Shown here: positions 15,234 to 27,221 of the stretch, piece by piece
Layout: the number at the start of each line of letters is the position of its first letter
How positions within the stretch are numbered: the first letter of the stretch is position 1
Origin: Vitrella brassicaformis CCMP3155
Lineage: Eukaryota > Protista > Chromerida
DNA length: 52,274 bases
Assembly (NCBI GenBank): GCA_001179505.1
Contig: CDMY01000555.1
Location: forward strand, 1-52,274
Direction: 5' to 3'
Notes under the pieces: generated by a model
The model's input: only the letters and a program-made list of their open reading frames with translations
Databases searched by the model: none
Told to the model about the DNA's origin: nothing
Program-made: the position numbers and the translations under genes

Positions 15234-16396
15234 ATGCGTGTCGTCTACGTCCTTCTCATTTCTCTCGCCCTTGTACCTGCCGTGTTTGGGTGGTCCCTTT
15301 CTCCATCCCGCCATGCCGTTCGAAATGACCGGTTTGTGAAGGGGTTTCTGGGCCGCTCTCAGACGACGGACGGGAGATACCGCCGCCGACACGACAGGGG
15401 ACTCATCCACATGGTAAGTCAGCAAGGGGGTGAGCATGCACCAGATCTGCAGACACCATCGACGCACACACACACACATCGATTGGATGCTCTGGTGTGC
15501 GCTGCTGTGCTGCTCAGATATCCTATCGGAACATGAGAACGGGTAGAGCAGGCGACATAATCACTCACACGAGGGCCGACGTTCAGTCGAACCCTTTGGA
15601 GATCCGCTGCCCCCTATCACAAGACTTCAGAGACCGACTCAAGTAATTAAGCATGAGGGAAACATGTCATTCATTCAGACATCATGGTGGCTTGCGGCCG
15701 ATCATGCATCCTCCCCACTCAGCACATCGTTCGGAATGGCGAGCTACAGCGAGCACCCTGCCATCTGGCTCGGCACCCTGGTTTGGCCTCTTGTGCAGGA
15801 AATCGTCACAGCCGGATATCCACTCTTGAAGTTCAACGAGTACTACTTGTGGAACACTCGCTTCAATCGAAAGACGGGCAAGCTGGTGGACAAGCGGCCT
15901 GCCTTTGTGTTGGAGTGGGATGGCCGTCCGTGGTACTGGATAATCTTTGAGGGCTGTGAGTATGACGACCTGCCCAACTATGCCGAGCACGTCTTACACA
16001 TCCGCAAGAAGAACCTGGGCAACTATGGGGCAGTGACAGACGGACGGGAATGGTTCCTGTGCGAGCTGCCCAACGAGCCTGACGTCGACGAGGGAGAGCT
16101 GAAGACGGAGCCAGTGGAGTTTCTGAGTCTGGGGGACATGAAGTCATGCGAGAAGTTTGACACGTATGACCAGGTAGGTAATCTGCACAGCTAGAAAGAG
16201 AAGCAGTCAAAACATCTGTTCGCCTCGTGTGCTTGCTCATCGACCAGGCGCAGGAGATTGTCGATTGGATTCTGCGGGAGCTCAGGGAGCAGGCGCTCGA
16301 GAATCCCGTCGAGTGGACAGGCACTCCTGAGTGGCAACAAGAGAGAGAGAGGAGGGAAGCAGAAAGAAAGGCAGGGCTGGAGCAGGGGATGGCTAA
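15234..16396 (+). CDS. HsdR_N-like (type I restriction enzyme R N-terminal, PD-(D/E)xK-like) fold protein with degenerate catalytic motif and signal + transit-like leader, 4 exons
   Basis: MRVVYVLLISLALVPAVFG-WSLSPSRHAVR...; phase-consistent exons give SEHPAIWLGTLVWPLVQEIVTAGY...KRPAFVLEWDGRPWYWIIFEG...YGAVTDGREWFLCEL...AQEIVDWILRELRE. Gene model is well supported; fold call is by eye. Confidence 0.7.
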
Positions 16397-16935
16397 CTAA
16401 GCGAGTGGACCGGCCACAAGATCGTTAAGTCACTCGCGTTGGACGTCACAGAGAGTGGGGGTGAGCGTCTGATGAAGGAGGCAGCTGCAGTGGAGGTGCT
16501 GAAATGGGTGAGAGATTGAGTGGATGGAAAGGGGATGGGCACAGGCCTGACTGGTTTTTGTGTGTTGTGCATATACCGCAGTTCATCAACGAGAGCCGCA
16601 TCGGCATCGGTCTCCTGGAAGGCGTGTCGAAGCGCAAGCGATAGACACAGATGGAGAGGAGAGAGAGGACAGAACGGGCCACATGTCCAGCAGCAGAGAC
16701 ACACACTTGCATTAACAAACTGTAACTTGCTCAAGTAAATCAAGCATTGATGTCAAGAAAGCAAAGCAAATTGAAGCGATTATTCCATTCGCCCCCGAGC
16801 AGCATCCAATGGACGTTTGCAATGAAGGACCTTGAAGGTTGAGTCATGTCACTCACACACGCACGCACGCTATCTACACACACTCATCCAGTGTTCTACA
16901 TCATGACAGGCGGCACACTAAGTGCTGCGTGTCAC

Positions 16936-17051
16936 TCATGCGGCCAGCCGGACCACATCGGCACTCAGCGCCCGGAACGACTGGATGAACACACGCAGCA
17001 CGTGGTGGATCAGCGACTGCACACACACACACACACACACCAGATGGAGAA

Positions 17052-17089
<38 letters not shown>

Positions 17090-17963
17090 TGCGTGTGTGT
17101 GGACTTGCCAATGGAATGAGGTCGTCGAATTCCTCACTGGTGCATAGGACGCTCCTGTGTGCCGCCTGGCGCGTTTGCTGCTCCTCCAACACACGCTGTA
17201 ACAGGTCGAAAAACGCTGACGTACACACAGACACACAGAAAGAGAGAGGAGGCACACCACACAACACATGACGTGACAGGACAGTGGCTGATGTCGGCTG
17301 GTGTGCATATGCACCTTGCTCGTCGCCCACATCGGTGAGCTCCTCAATATGTAGGATCGTGAAGAGCCAACCCAGCGCCTCACGACTCAGCAGCCCACCA
17401 CCTTCACACAGGCACATGCCTCTCCACGTTGCCTTGCTTCACTGGCCAACTAACTCACTCACTTTGTTGTGTGCTGCTGTGTATGAGGTGTTGTGTGTCG
17501 TTTCCGTCGGTGACGGCCTTGCATATCCACTCGATGAGTGCGTCCTCGCCGTGTGGCTGCTGCAGCAAAGCGATCACCTGCAGCGTGCACAGCGCCTTGA
17601 GCCGCTTCCGGAACTCGTAGTCGCGGTGCCGATAACGCCGCTTCACCACCTGCACGAACTCTGATCATCGCAGACAGAACACATTGATATCAACAGACAG
17701 AGGCCATTTTTCTCCTTTCCACCGGCAAAGTCCAGCAGGTCGTGCCAATCGACGAGTCCATCTCGGTTGCTGTCCATGACAAACAGGGTGGGGAAGTGGG
17801 TGAAGTCGATGGGCACGCCGTCGGGCGGCTGCAGCCGCTGCAGCTCCCGCAGCCGGAGCGCACCTCGAGGCCCCGCCCCAGAGTCCTCACCCAGCGCCGC
17901 ATTGTACTGCTCCTTCAGATACGATAATATGGGAGAGTGCGCCACAGGCAATGAAGAGCCCAT
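16936..17963 (-). CDS. EF-hand-containing conserved hypothetical protein, multi-exon
   Basis: MGSSLPVAHSPILSYLKEQY...PIDFTHFPTLFVMDSNRDGLVDWHDLLDF (EF-hand loop DSNRDGLVDWHD), EFRKRLKALCTLQ, LLSREALGWLFTILHI, last exon SLIHHVLRVFIQSFRALSADVVRLAA*. Confidence 0.75.
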
Positions 17964-18102
17964 CACCAAACATGCATTCCTCTCCTCAGGTCGCCCTCGA
18001 GGTTCCAAGCTCGCAGTGGCTGAGGGCGAGCGGCTTCTGTTCGAGCACTTGAATGTCTGCAGAGTGGACACTGGGCACAGATCTCAGGAGATCTGATTGA
18101 GA

Positions 18103-20761
18103 ATGGCCAAGAAAGTGACGCTCGAGCCGCGGCTGCTGGAGCGTTTCATCTCCCAGTGCTGGAAGGCGGAGGCCAAGTGCCCATTCGGCCTCGTCGTGGC
18201 GCAGGTGCGGCGGGAAATGAGGAAACAACAGAAGAAAGCCGCAGTAATTCATGCGCTTCTTTCATGTTGATGTTGATGTGAATGGTACAGGCGATTGAGG
18301 GAGCGCGTGTGCTGCTGATGTGTCTGCCGACCCCGACAGAGGCCGAGGGCAGGCCGTGGGGCAAGGCCGTGTGGACGGGCGGCCTCGCACAACTCCTGGA
18401 GCGAAAACTCAGCCACACACACGGCATGACCTTCCTGCAGGTACTTGTGGGGGGCTACACACACACACACACACACGTGCCGTCATATGTCTGTGTGTGC
18501 GGCATGGCTGCAGTGGTCGATGCGTCACTTGAGTGAGGTTCGGCAGGTGCTGCCTGGAGGGCTGGAGGTGTGCGGCGTGTATGTGGTCAAGCCTGAGGCT
18601 GATGTGCGTGCGTCGCTGGGACCCTCGCTGATGCCCCTGCTGGACGACATCAGCTGCGGCACCGCCTCGGGGGAGGCACTCATCATGGTCCTCGATACAA
18701 ACACCAAAAAGTGGGCGATGGAGGGAGGGAGGGAGGGGGGGAATGGATCGCTTCATTCATTCTGTCTGTCTGTCTGTCTGTTGTTTGTTTGTTTGTGTGT
18801 GTGTGTGTGTGGTCAGGTTCATGTGCAAGACGGCTCCCTCGAATGTGGGATCTATGGTGAGAAGGGTAGGGTGGGTATACGGATCTCACACACGCACACA
18901 CACCAGTGGTGCACATAACCTTTGAGTACGTGTGTGTGTCTGTGCAGTGGAAGCCCCTGTCGTCCAAAATGCAGTCGTCCGCCGGCAGCAGTGTGCGGCT
19001 CTCCACTCTGGTGCCCGTCGACATGACCGTCGCCTTCGACACACCCGATGCAGCCGAGGTGGCCGAAGTGGAAGAACACCTCAGGGTGAGCGAGCCAGTC
19101 ACCCCCATGCAAAAGTCAGTCCGTGAGTCCGTAAGTGAGTCCGTGCGTGTGCATGTCGGCTTTGCCTCAGGCCAGCATGGCCACTTGGGCGGAGGCGCCC
19201 GTGCTGCTCATTGCACACACAGAGCCACCCGCCAGCGCCGCATCTGCTGCCCAGGTGCGTCCCTTCCAACATGCATAGCGACCGATGCACCTCTGTCTTG
19301 TGTGTTGTGTGCGTGTTGTGTGTGTGCAGAGCACCACCCCTTCTCCCCGGTCTCAGTACTTCGGCAGCGATGGCGACTGCCATGTCAAGATGGGTCGGCT
19401 GCTGTCCTCAACTGAGCACGGGGAGCTCCAGTTCCTGCAGCAGCACTGGGGGCCGATCGAGGTGGTCCTGGGGCCTCCTAATGCGGCTCCTGCAGCCCCG
19501 CCCCATCTGATACACATCCGGTGTGACATCCTGGCGGTCGCCCACGTGCTGAGGGAGGGCTCCCTGCTGTCCGCCATGCAGGTCAGCTGGGGTCACTCAC
19601 TGAAATCGCACACGCCACGCGTGTTGCACGAGTGTGGAGCCTCTGGTGTGTTTGCTTGTTCGGTCGCTGTCCGTCAGTGTCTGTATGATGACTTTGTCGG
19701 CACGTTAGCTGTCCGGGTCGCTGCCGTGCTGGAGAGGTGCCTCGCGGCAACCGACGCTAGCGACGGTAAGAGAGAGAGGAGCACCCACACATACACCTCA
19801 ACGACCTAGCGTGTGTCGTCGTGCAGGGAGTGCGCCGGCAGCCCCCATGGCCCTCCCTCTGCCGCGCAGGTAAATTGTGATTGATGAGCATGGAAATGGC
19901 TAGCAGCAGAGACTCGTTGAATGGTGATGGGATGCTTGGGTGTGGTGTGCTGGTCGACGTCAGGGTGCATTTCGGTTTTGGCGGCAACTCGGGCGGCTCG
20001 GCGTTGGGCACCCTGTGCGACTACCAAGCGGAGGGAGAAACCGAGAAGGTACCCAGCCACACACGGCAGACACACACAGAGAGTGCCCCTCCCTCCCTGC
20101 AATGCCAAGCGAGCTGACTTCGCCCCTCTCTCTGTTGGTCTTTCTGTGTATCAGGATTCCCGGGCCCGTCTGGCGTCGGTGACGGGGCTGCCTCCCGAGA
20201 TGATTGGGGGTGTCGTGGCTGACCTATCAGACCACACACAGACACATACAGCCACCCAGACACCCCCCAGTGACAGTGCTAGCACAGGTAAGGACTCGAA
20301 AGGGAAGCGTATGCATTGGATGGACACCTGTCTGTCTGTCTGTCTGCCTGTCTGTCTGTCTGTCTGCCTGTCTGTCTGTCTGTCTGTCTGTGCACACATT
20401 GGTCTGTCAGGTTTGCCTGTGGATGATGGTTGGTATGGCCTTGAGAATGAGGTGAGGGCCGCCCTGGGAGAGCCCCCCAAGCCCCCTGTAAAAGCACGCC
20501 GACACGAAACCAAACCCACCAGGTGGTGGGCCCAACACAGCAGCACAAGGAATGAATGGAGACGAAGCCGGATGGACGCATTGCTCCTGTCTCTCTGTCT
20601 CTCTGTCTGTCTGTGAATTGGTCAGTGGCCCTCCGCTGTGGCCGATAGTGCGCTTGGGTCTGACCGTAGTAGTCGTGGTGGTGCTGCACATCCAGGTGCG
20701 CCTTCACCATGCCGGCCTGGGGCAGTTTGATGCGCGCCTTGTCGGCCACGATGAACTCTAG
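18103..20761 (+). CDS. ODR4: ODR-4-like ER membrane protein, multi-exon, C-terminal TM followed by HDEL
   Basis: PFGLVVAQ, WSMRHLSEVRQVLPGGLEVCGVYVV (matches ODR4 W..H..QV.RMLPGG..V.G.F pattern), LCDY, C-terminal TM LWPIVRLGLTVVVVVVL, ...LVGHDEL*. Confidence 0.75.
20327..20390. repeat. (GTCT)n/(GCCT) tetranucleotide microsatellite in an ODR4 intron
   Basis: cctgtctgtctgtctgtctgcctgtctgtctgtctgtctgcctgtctgtctgtctgtctgtctg seen directly. Confidence 0.9.
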
Positions 20762-21248
20762 GGCATGATAGCCTCAAGGGAGGGAGAGAGAGAGGGAGAG
20801 GGAGACAGGGGGGGCGGGGGATGTCTGTCACACAGCATGCACGACTGACTGACGTGCTGCATAGCATTTGATTTGTATGTATTTGTCGATACTTACTTTC
20901 TGCGAACGAATTCAACTCACTCGGGCGCGTTCCTTCCCTTCCTTGACACAATGTGTTAGCACACCCACGCAATGTCATCGATCTCCATTGAGTCTCACCT
21001 CCCTCTATATGTGAAGCGTGACTCTCCACTGCAAATGGATAGCCGCCGCCAGCACTAAGCCAGGCCTGGACGATGGAAACAATCCACTTGGCTCTGCAAG
21101 CTAAGCTCGCAGGCGCCAAAAGGAATTCCCTTTTACCTTCCCCTTTTCCGCTTCCTTTGTCCTGAGGGCCCCGTGTGTTTTGGCTGACTTCAAGAAGCCG
21201 ACAACCGGCATAGAGGAAAACCAGTGACTTCTGCTGCGCGACCACACA

Positions 21249-24200
21249 ATGGCCGGCCGTTCTGTTGGGCCCCTCCCCCCTGGGCAGCCGAACTTCTTGT
21301 CCGAGCGTCAGGCGGCCCTCACCCAGCATCAGCATGCCGCCAGTGGTCCCCTCTCCCTGCCCCCTCCCCTCCCAGCGTCCAGCAGCCCCGCACACACAGA
21401 GCCCTCGACGCGCAGACAGCATCATGGTGAGGATGTGGGCGCTACGACGGTCCCCGCCACACCCGTTGATCTCAACGGGCTGGACCAGCGGGCCGAATGC
21501 GCAGCCCTCTCGCTTGGGGCCGTTTTTGCCGGTAGGGAGGATGCTGGGGCGACGCTGCTCGGCGCGACGCCCATCTCGCCACTGCTATATAGGGGCGGAT
21601 TTCCGCCGCGATACCATCTTCAGACGTCTATGTCCTCGCCCATGACGGCGTACACGCCGTACCAGCCCGCCGACTACCCCCGCCCCCTCATCATCGCCCC
21701 CCACCCCTCTCGCGCGTCAAACCCTGGTCCCATTATCCCTTCCCTCGCTCGGATGCATCACCAGGACGACTGCGAGGTGCCGCCCGCTACCGCATCAGCA
21801 TCACGCAGAGGGCCGCCGCTACGCTACGCGCACTCAAGCGATGTCTGGCTAAACACCGGCGGCTCAGGTATGGGTGGTGGACGGCCAATGCCCATCGCCG
21901 ATGACGATGCTGCTGCTGCTGCCGCTGCCGCTGCCGCTGCCGCTGCTGCCAACGAGGATCTCGATGACAAGCAGCTGTTCGAGCGTGACTACATTGTGCG
22001 TGTGGCCAACAAGCCGCCGAAGAGCTCCAAGATGGCCGGCACCCTTGGGGGCGGCGGGGTGATGGCCGTCCTGGCTTTGCCCTTCGGGCCGATCGGCATG
22101 GTGCTGGGGGGCGCGTGTGGCGCCGGTGTGGGCCACCTGGTGGGGCAGATTTTGGACCGTCGGCGGACCAAGAAGAAGGTGAGCGACGCCGAGCGGCAGG
22201 TCAAGAAGATCTATTACCTCATGAGGTGGGCCAACTTCCACTTCGACTCGTCCGAGAATCAGCTGCAGCTGGTGTTTCTCGTCGTGAGTGAGTTCGAGGC
22301 CCTCTCGAAGCTGGCGTCCTTCAGCGAGATCGCCCGGAAACAGCTGAGGGCGCTGTACTCGTTCATCAAGCGGGACGACGTGCAGCACTGCCTCTGGCTC
22401 TACCTGGACGTGTTTTTCAAGAACTGGCGGCAGATGAACTTGCAAGAGATCGCTCAGTGCTCGACGGTGTGCGACACGCTCATCGAGTGCTGCAGGCACG
22501 TGCAGAAGCCGAAGCCCCCAGTGGTGCAGAGGATGGAGAGGGTCGTCAAGACGCCCGGGCCCGCCAGGCTGCTCAGAAAGGCCAGAGAGATGAAGGAAGT
22601 CAAGAGCAACGAGCGCGTAATTCTTGTCACGTCACATCGTCTCCACCCGCCCCATACACATGCCATATATGTGCATCACACATGCACCCCTCCCCTCTCT
22701 CTCTGTGCTGTGTGCTGTGTGTGCAGATCCGCATCAAGGAGGCAGAGGCCATCATCTACGCTGAGAATCGGCACCGCGAGAGCCGCCGCCGCACCGAGCG
22801 TGTGTCGATGCTCGCAGACTCACACGAGTCGTCCCCCGACAGCAGGCGCAGCAACAAGGCGCCCTCCTTCCGACTCATCTCATCGCGATTCCGCTCCCGC
22901 AGCAGGGGCACACGCACACCCGACCAGCAGCAGGCGGACAGCGGGCGGCAGAGTGGGAGAGATGTGGGTGTTGGTGGTGGTGCTGGTGGTGGTGCTGGTG
23001 GGGGTGGTGAGGGTCGGCATGTGGTGTCGTCAATGGTTGGTGGGAAGCGGAAACGAGACGGCGACAAGAAGACGGTGCGGCTGTCACTCGAGGCCATGGA
23101 CGGTGAGTGAGCAACCGAGCGAGAGGGGAACTTATGTATGCATGTCTGTGCATGCCTGTGTGTGTGTGTGTGTGTGTGTATGTCTGGGTGGTGGGTGGTG
23201 TGTTTTCCTCTTGTCTTTGCAGCCAGTGACGAGGGCAGCTCTCTCGAGTCGAGCTACGAAGTGGTCAGAGAGAGAGAAACCATCCATCCATCCATCCATC
23301 CACACCCTTCCTGTCCCCCCCCTTCTCTCTCCTTGTCTCTCTCTTGTCAGTCTGAGGAGGAGGACGAGATGGCCCTTCCCCCGATCGCCACCGAGGCCGT
23401 CCGCCCCCCATACCCGCCCCACCCAACACGCAGCAGGAGGCCCACAGGCGAGCAGCACCCACAGCCCCCACTGCATGAGATCGACATGGAGGCCGGCGTC
23501 GAGCTCTTCATCAACGAGGAGGCACTCGACGCCGCCACGTCGGTCATGCTCACCACCACCGAACAGCGGGCAACCGTCGTCAGGCAGTCCGCCCCCACTC
23601 CTAGTGCTGCTGGCGCTGGTGCTGCTGCTGGTGGTGGTGCTGGTAGTGTATTGTCCTTCCCCCCCTCTGTGTCAGTGCATGGCGAAACGGTCTCACAGCC
23701 GGCGGTGTCTGTGCGTGTGGTGTCTGGGCGTGACTCTGCCCCTGCTGCTGCCGGTGGTGGTGGTGTGGAGGCTGACGGTTCGTCCTGCACTGGTACGGTG
23801 CTAAGCGCGCCGAATGTCAAGGGGCCGATCAGCACTGCCAAGGCCAGGAGGAGCACGGCGGCCGCACAGGGGTATGTATGGATCAAGTGCATGTCGGCAT
23901 GTCGGCATACACCCACAGCATGCATGTGGTCTTTGTGTGTTGTGTGCAGTCGAGAGGGGCGCGAAAGTGAGGAGGAAGGACATGTGGATGTGTGTGCGAA
24001 TGGCCTCGTGCGTACTTCTGCCTGCTGCTGTGTGTGTGGTGTGCAGGTCGGCGGAAGCACCCTGCCGTGCTGTTCAAGTCTTTCACTGACCTCATCAATT
24101 TTGATCCGCACCTGAAGCACATACAGCCCATGTACGCCACGCCACGCCCGTGTGTATCGTATCAAGCAGCACCATCCACACGTACACATGGGTGATATTG

Positions 24201-25467
24201 TGTGGGGTGTGTGTGTGTGGACAGTGGTGCGTATGAGTTGTCTTACCTTGAGGCGAAGGAGCATGAGGTCACGGAGGTGCCCCCGTGGGACTGCTGCGTC
24301 AGCAGAAAGGACATCAAGGTCCGTTCTCACCCACAAACCCCCGCACCCACATCCACCCACACCCCCCCACACACACGCTCCCTCTGTGTCTGTGTGTGTG
24401 TGTTTGTTGGTTTAGGTGTACAAGTTGAAGAGTGAGGACAACCCCGTCGTGTTGGTCAAGGCCGCCGCCCGGCTGGAGGGCATCCCACCAAGCGTCGTCG
24501 CATACCACATCAAGAACATTCAGATGCGCATGAGCTGGTCAGCACCACAAGAACGCCTCGCACTGTGTTGCTGACCGGTATGTGTGTGTGTGTGTGTGTG
24601 TATGTGTGTTGGTTGTTGGTTGCTGGTCTCTCCTCGCCCTTACACAGGGATACCAATTTCTCGAATTTCAAGATGATCGAGACCGACTGCGACGGAAACG
24701 AAGTCATCTACTCTGTCATCAAGGTACCCTCCCATCCCTCGCAACACCCACACACCCACACATGCTCACCCATCCATGTGTGTGTGAGTATGTGTGCAGG
24801 CGCCCTTCCCCATCGCCAACCGCGACTTCGTGCAGTGGCGGCGCACCTCATACCAGCCCGACACCGGTGCGGTGACCATCATGATGCGCTCAGCCGAGCA
24901 CCCCAGCGTCCCGGAGGTCAAGGGCTTCGTCAGGGCCGAAACACTCGTTTCGGGTAAACCTTCCCCACACCCACACAGAGACACCCACGAGACACCACAC
25001 TCAGACCTGACTGTCTCTCTGTGTGGGTGGGGGTAGGCTATGTGATTCGGCCACTGGACGGCAGCCCCGACTCCACAAGTCTGTTCATCCTGGCGCAGAC
25101 GGACATCAAGGGTCTGATCCCCAAGGCCCTCGTCAACGCCACCGCCGCACGCGCACCCGTCATGTGGACAGACAACCTGCGCAAGGCATGCGAGAAACAC
25201 ATCAAAGAGCACGGCAAGCAGGTGCCGGAAGGCGAGCTCGTCACAATCACCTCCCCACCAGCTGGGAAGCGTGTGTTGACGGTGAGCGGGTCGTCGAGCA
25301 GCTGCAGCGGGCAGATGGCTGCTGCCGCCGCCGGATCGGCGAGGAATGCTTCTGCCGGTGGTGGTGCTGCTGGTGTTGGTGGTGTTGGTGGTGGTGGTGG
25401 GGGCAGCCTGCACGCGTCCAAGCACTCGTATGGGCCCCCACTAGTTGCTGCTCGGGCAGGGGCGTGA
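21249..25467 (+). CDS. START-domain lipid transfer protein (PCTP/STARD10-like) with long N-terminal extension and glycine-rich hydrophobic segment, multi-exon
   Basis: PPWDCCVSRKDIKV/YK, WDTNFSNFKMIE, APFPIANRDFVQWR, MRSAEHPSVPEVKGFVRAETLVS/GYVIRP, AQTDIKGLIPKALVN..AARAP..W..NL. N-terminal GGGGVMAVLALPFGPIGMVLGGACGAGVGHLVG. Start codon uncertain. Confidence 0.88.
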
Positions 25468-26346
25468 CTGACTGACTGACTGAAGGCAGAGAGGGATGGC
25501 TAATGAATGTGTCTCTGTCAGTGGGTATGGGGCTGTTTTTCTGTGCGGTGTGGGTGCGGGGGGTAAGGGGTAAGCTATTGACGGACTGACTGACTGACTG
25601 ACTGACGGATTGGGTATCGCTGTGCCCAAATTCTCCTGACACTTTGGCTGGGAATGAGGGCAATTCTCGAATCTCAATTGTTTGGATCTGTTCATTCTCG
25701 AGTGCGCCGTGCTGTGGTGTGGTGTGCTGGTTTGGTGGTTGCTCGTGTGTGTGGTGCGTGGACAGCACAGATGCCGCCCGTGTGTGGATGTGCGCATGGG
25801 TACCATTCATCCACAGACCTTCAGTGAATGAGTGGTGAATGAGTGAGTGAGAATATGGATCATCAATCAAGGCATCCATCTCACTTTCAAAAAGGCAGGC
25901 CGTCGGCGCAGTGGAATGTATGTCTGTGGTCTGTCTGTCCGCATCTCCGTCGCTCGTAGGAAGGATCCATGCCATGCATCCATCCGCCAGCGACGCACAG
26001 GAATATAAAGGGGCATGAAGTGAAGGATACAGACGCACGGACAGGCAGCGGGTGTTTCCTCTAGATGAAGGTGGATGGCACTTGCTTCCACACAGCTGGC
26101 TATCTCAGCTCTCTCTCTCTCTCCCGTACACAGATCACATCCTACGGTCGTATGGTACACACACACACACACGCCTTCGCGCAGAGACTACAAACGCTCC
26201 TCAGTGTCTATCTAGCTACGGGCGGCGCACACGCGCACACAGACAGACCTGCTCCTCCCTCCCCTCCCTCCCTCCCTCCCTCCCTCCTCATGTCTGTACA
26301 CCCAGCCCAGCCGCCCACCATATGAATGGATGGATGGATCAGTCCA

Positions 26347-27221
26347 TCACCTGTGGCAGCATGCCGCCAGTCGGTTGGCCATCGGCCGCCCACTGTCCCG
26401 CCCTAGCACGATGTTCTCCTGCGCCTTCTGGTGCTGCTGCTGCGTCGCCACCAGCCGCTGGATGATGTCCCGTGCGAGTGTGACGAATGCCTCGGCGACC
26501 CCCTGGCCGCTCTTGGCGCTGGTCTCGATGAAGGGCACGCCGTACTCGTCTGCGAGGTCGCGGGCCCGCTCAGAGCTGACGATGTTCTCGAGGTCGGCCT
26601 TGTTGCCCACCAGGATCTTGTTGACGTTCTCGGCCGCGTGGGCGTCGATCTGACGCATCCAGTTCCGGATGTCTGCAGACACATGTCATGGATGGATGGA
26701 TGGATTGTCTGTGTGTGTGGCGGGAGAGCTTTCTCACTTTGAAATGATTCGGGTGAAGTGACGTCATAGACTAAGAGGATGCCCATGGCGCTGCGATAAT
26801 ATGCTGGACGAAAGAAGAAACATCCATACCACACACAACCAAGGATCTGTCGTCATTCGTCCATCCCTGTGTGGCACCTGACTCTCACTCACTGACCTTG
26901 AGTGATGGTACGAAACCGCTCCTGACCCGCTGCAATACACACAACGAACAACACACACACACACACACACACTCACCGATTGATGTGCTGAGCACCACTC
27001 TCCGCCTGCCTCGATGTGGCTTACTTACCGGTGTCCCATATCTGCAGCTTGACCCGTTTCCCATCGATGTCGATGGTTTTGATCTTGAAGTCGATGCCGA
27101 TGGTCGTGATGTGCGAGGGAGTGAACTGGTCGTCGGAGAAACGAAACAACAGACAACTCTTGCCCACGCCGCTGTCACCTATCAGCAGCAACTTGATCAG
27201 GTAATCTGATTGTGGATACAT
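26347..27221 (-). CDS. RAB8: Rab GTPase, Rab8/Sec4/RabE-like, 4 exons
   Basis: [93 protein letters not shown]-terminal CCHR prenylation motif. Confidence 0.93.

Noticed and set aside
16393-16743. Minus-strand ORF ...ETDADAALVDELRYMHNTQKPV... as an extra exon of the EF-hand gene
   Set aside because: The upstream exon already ends in a stop at 16936 and I found no phase-compatible donor; treated as probable 3' UTR.
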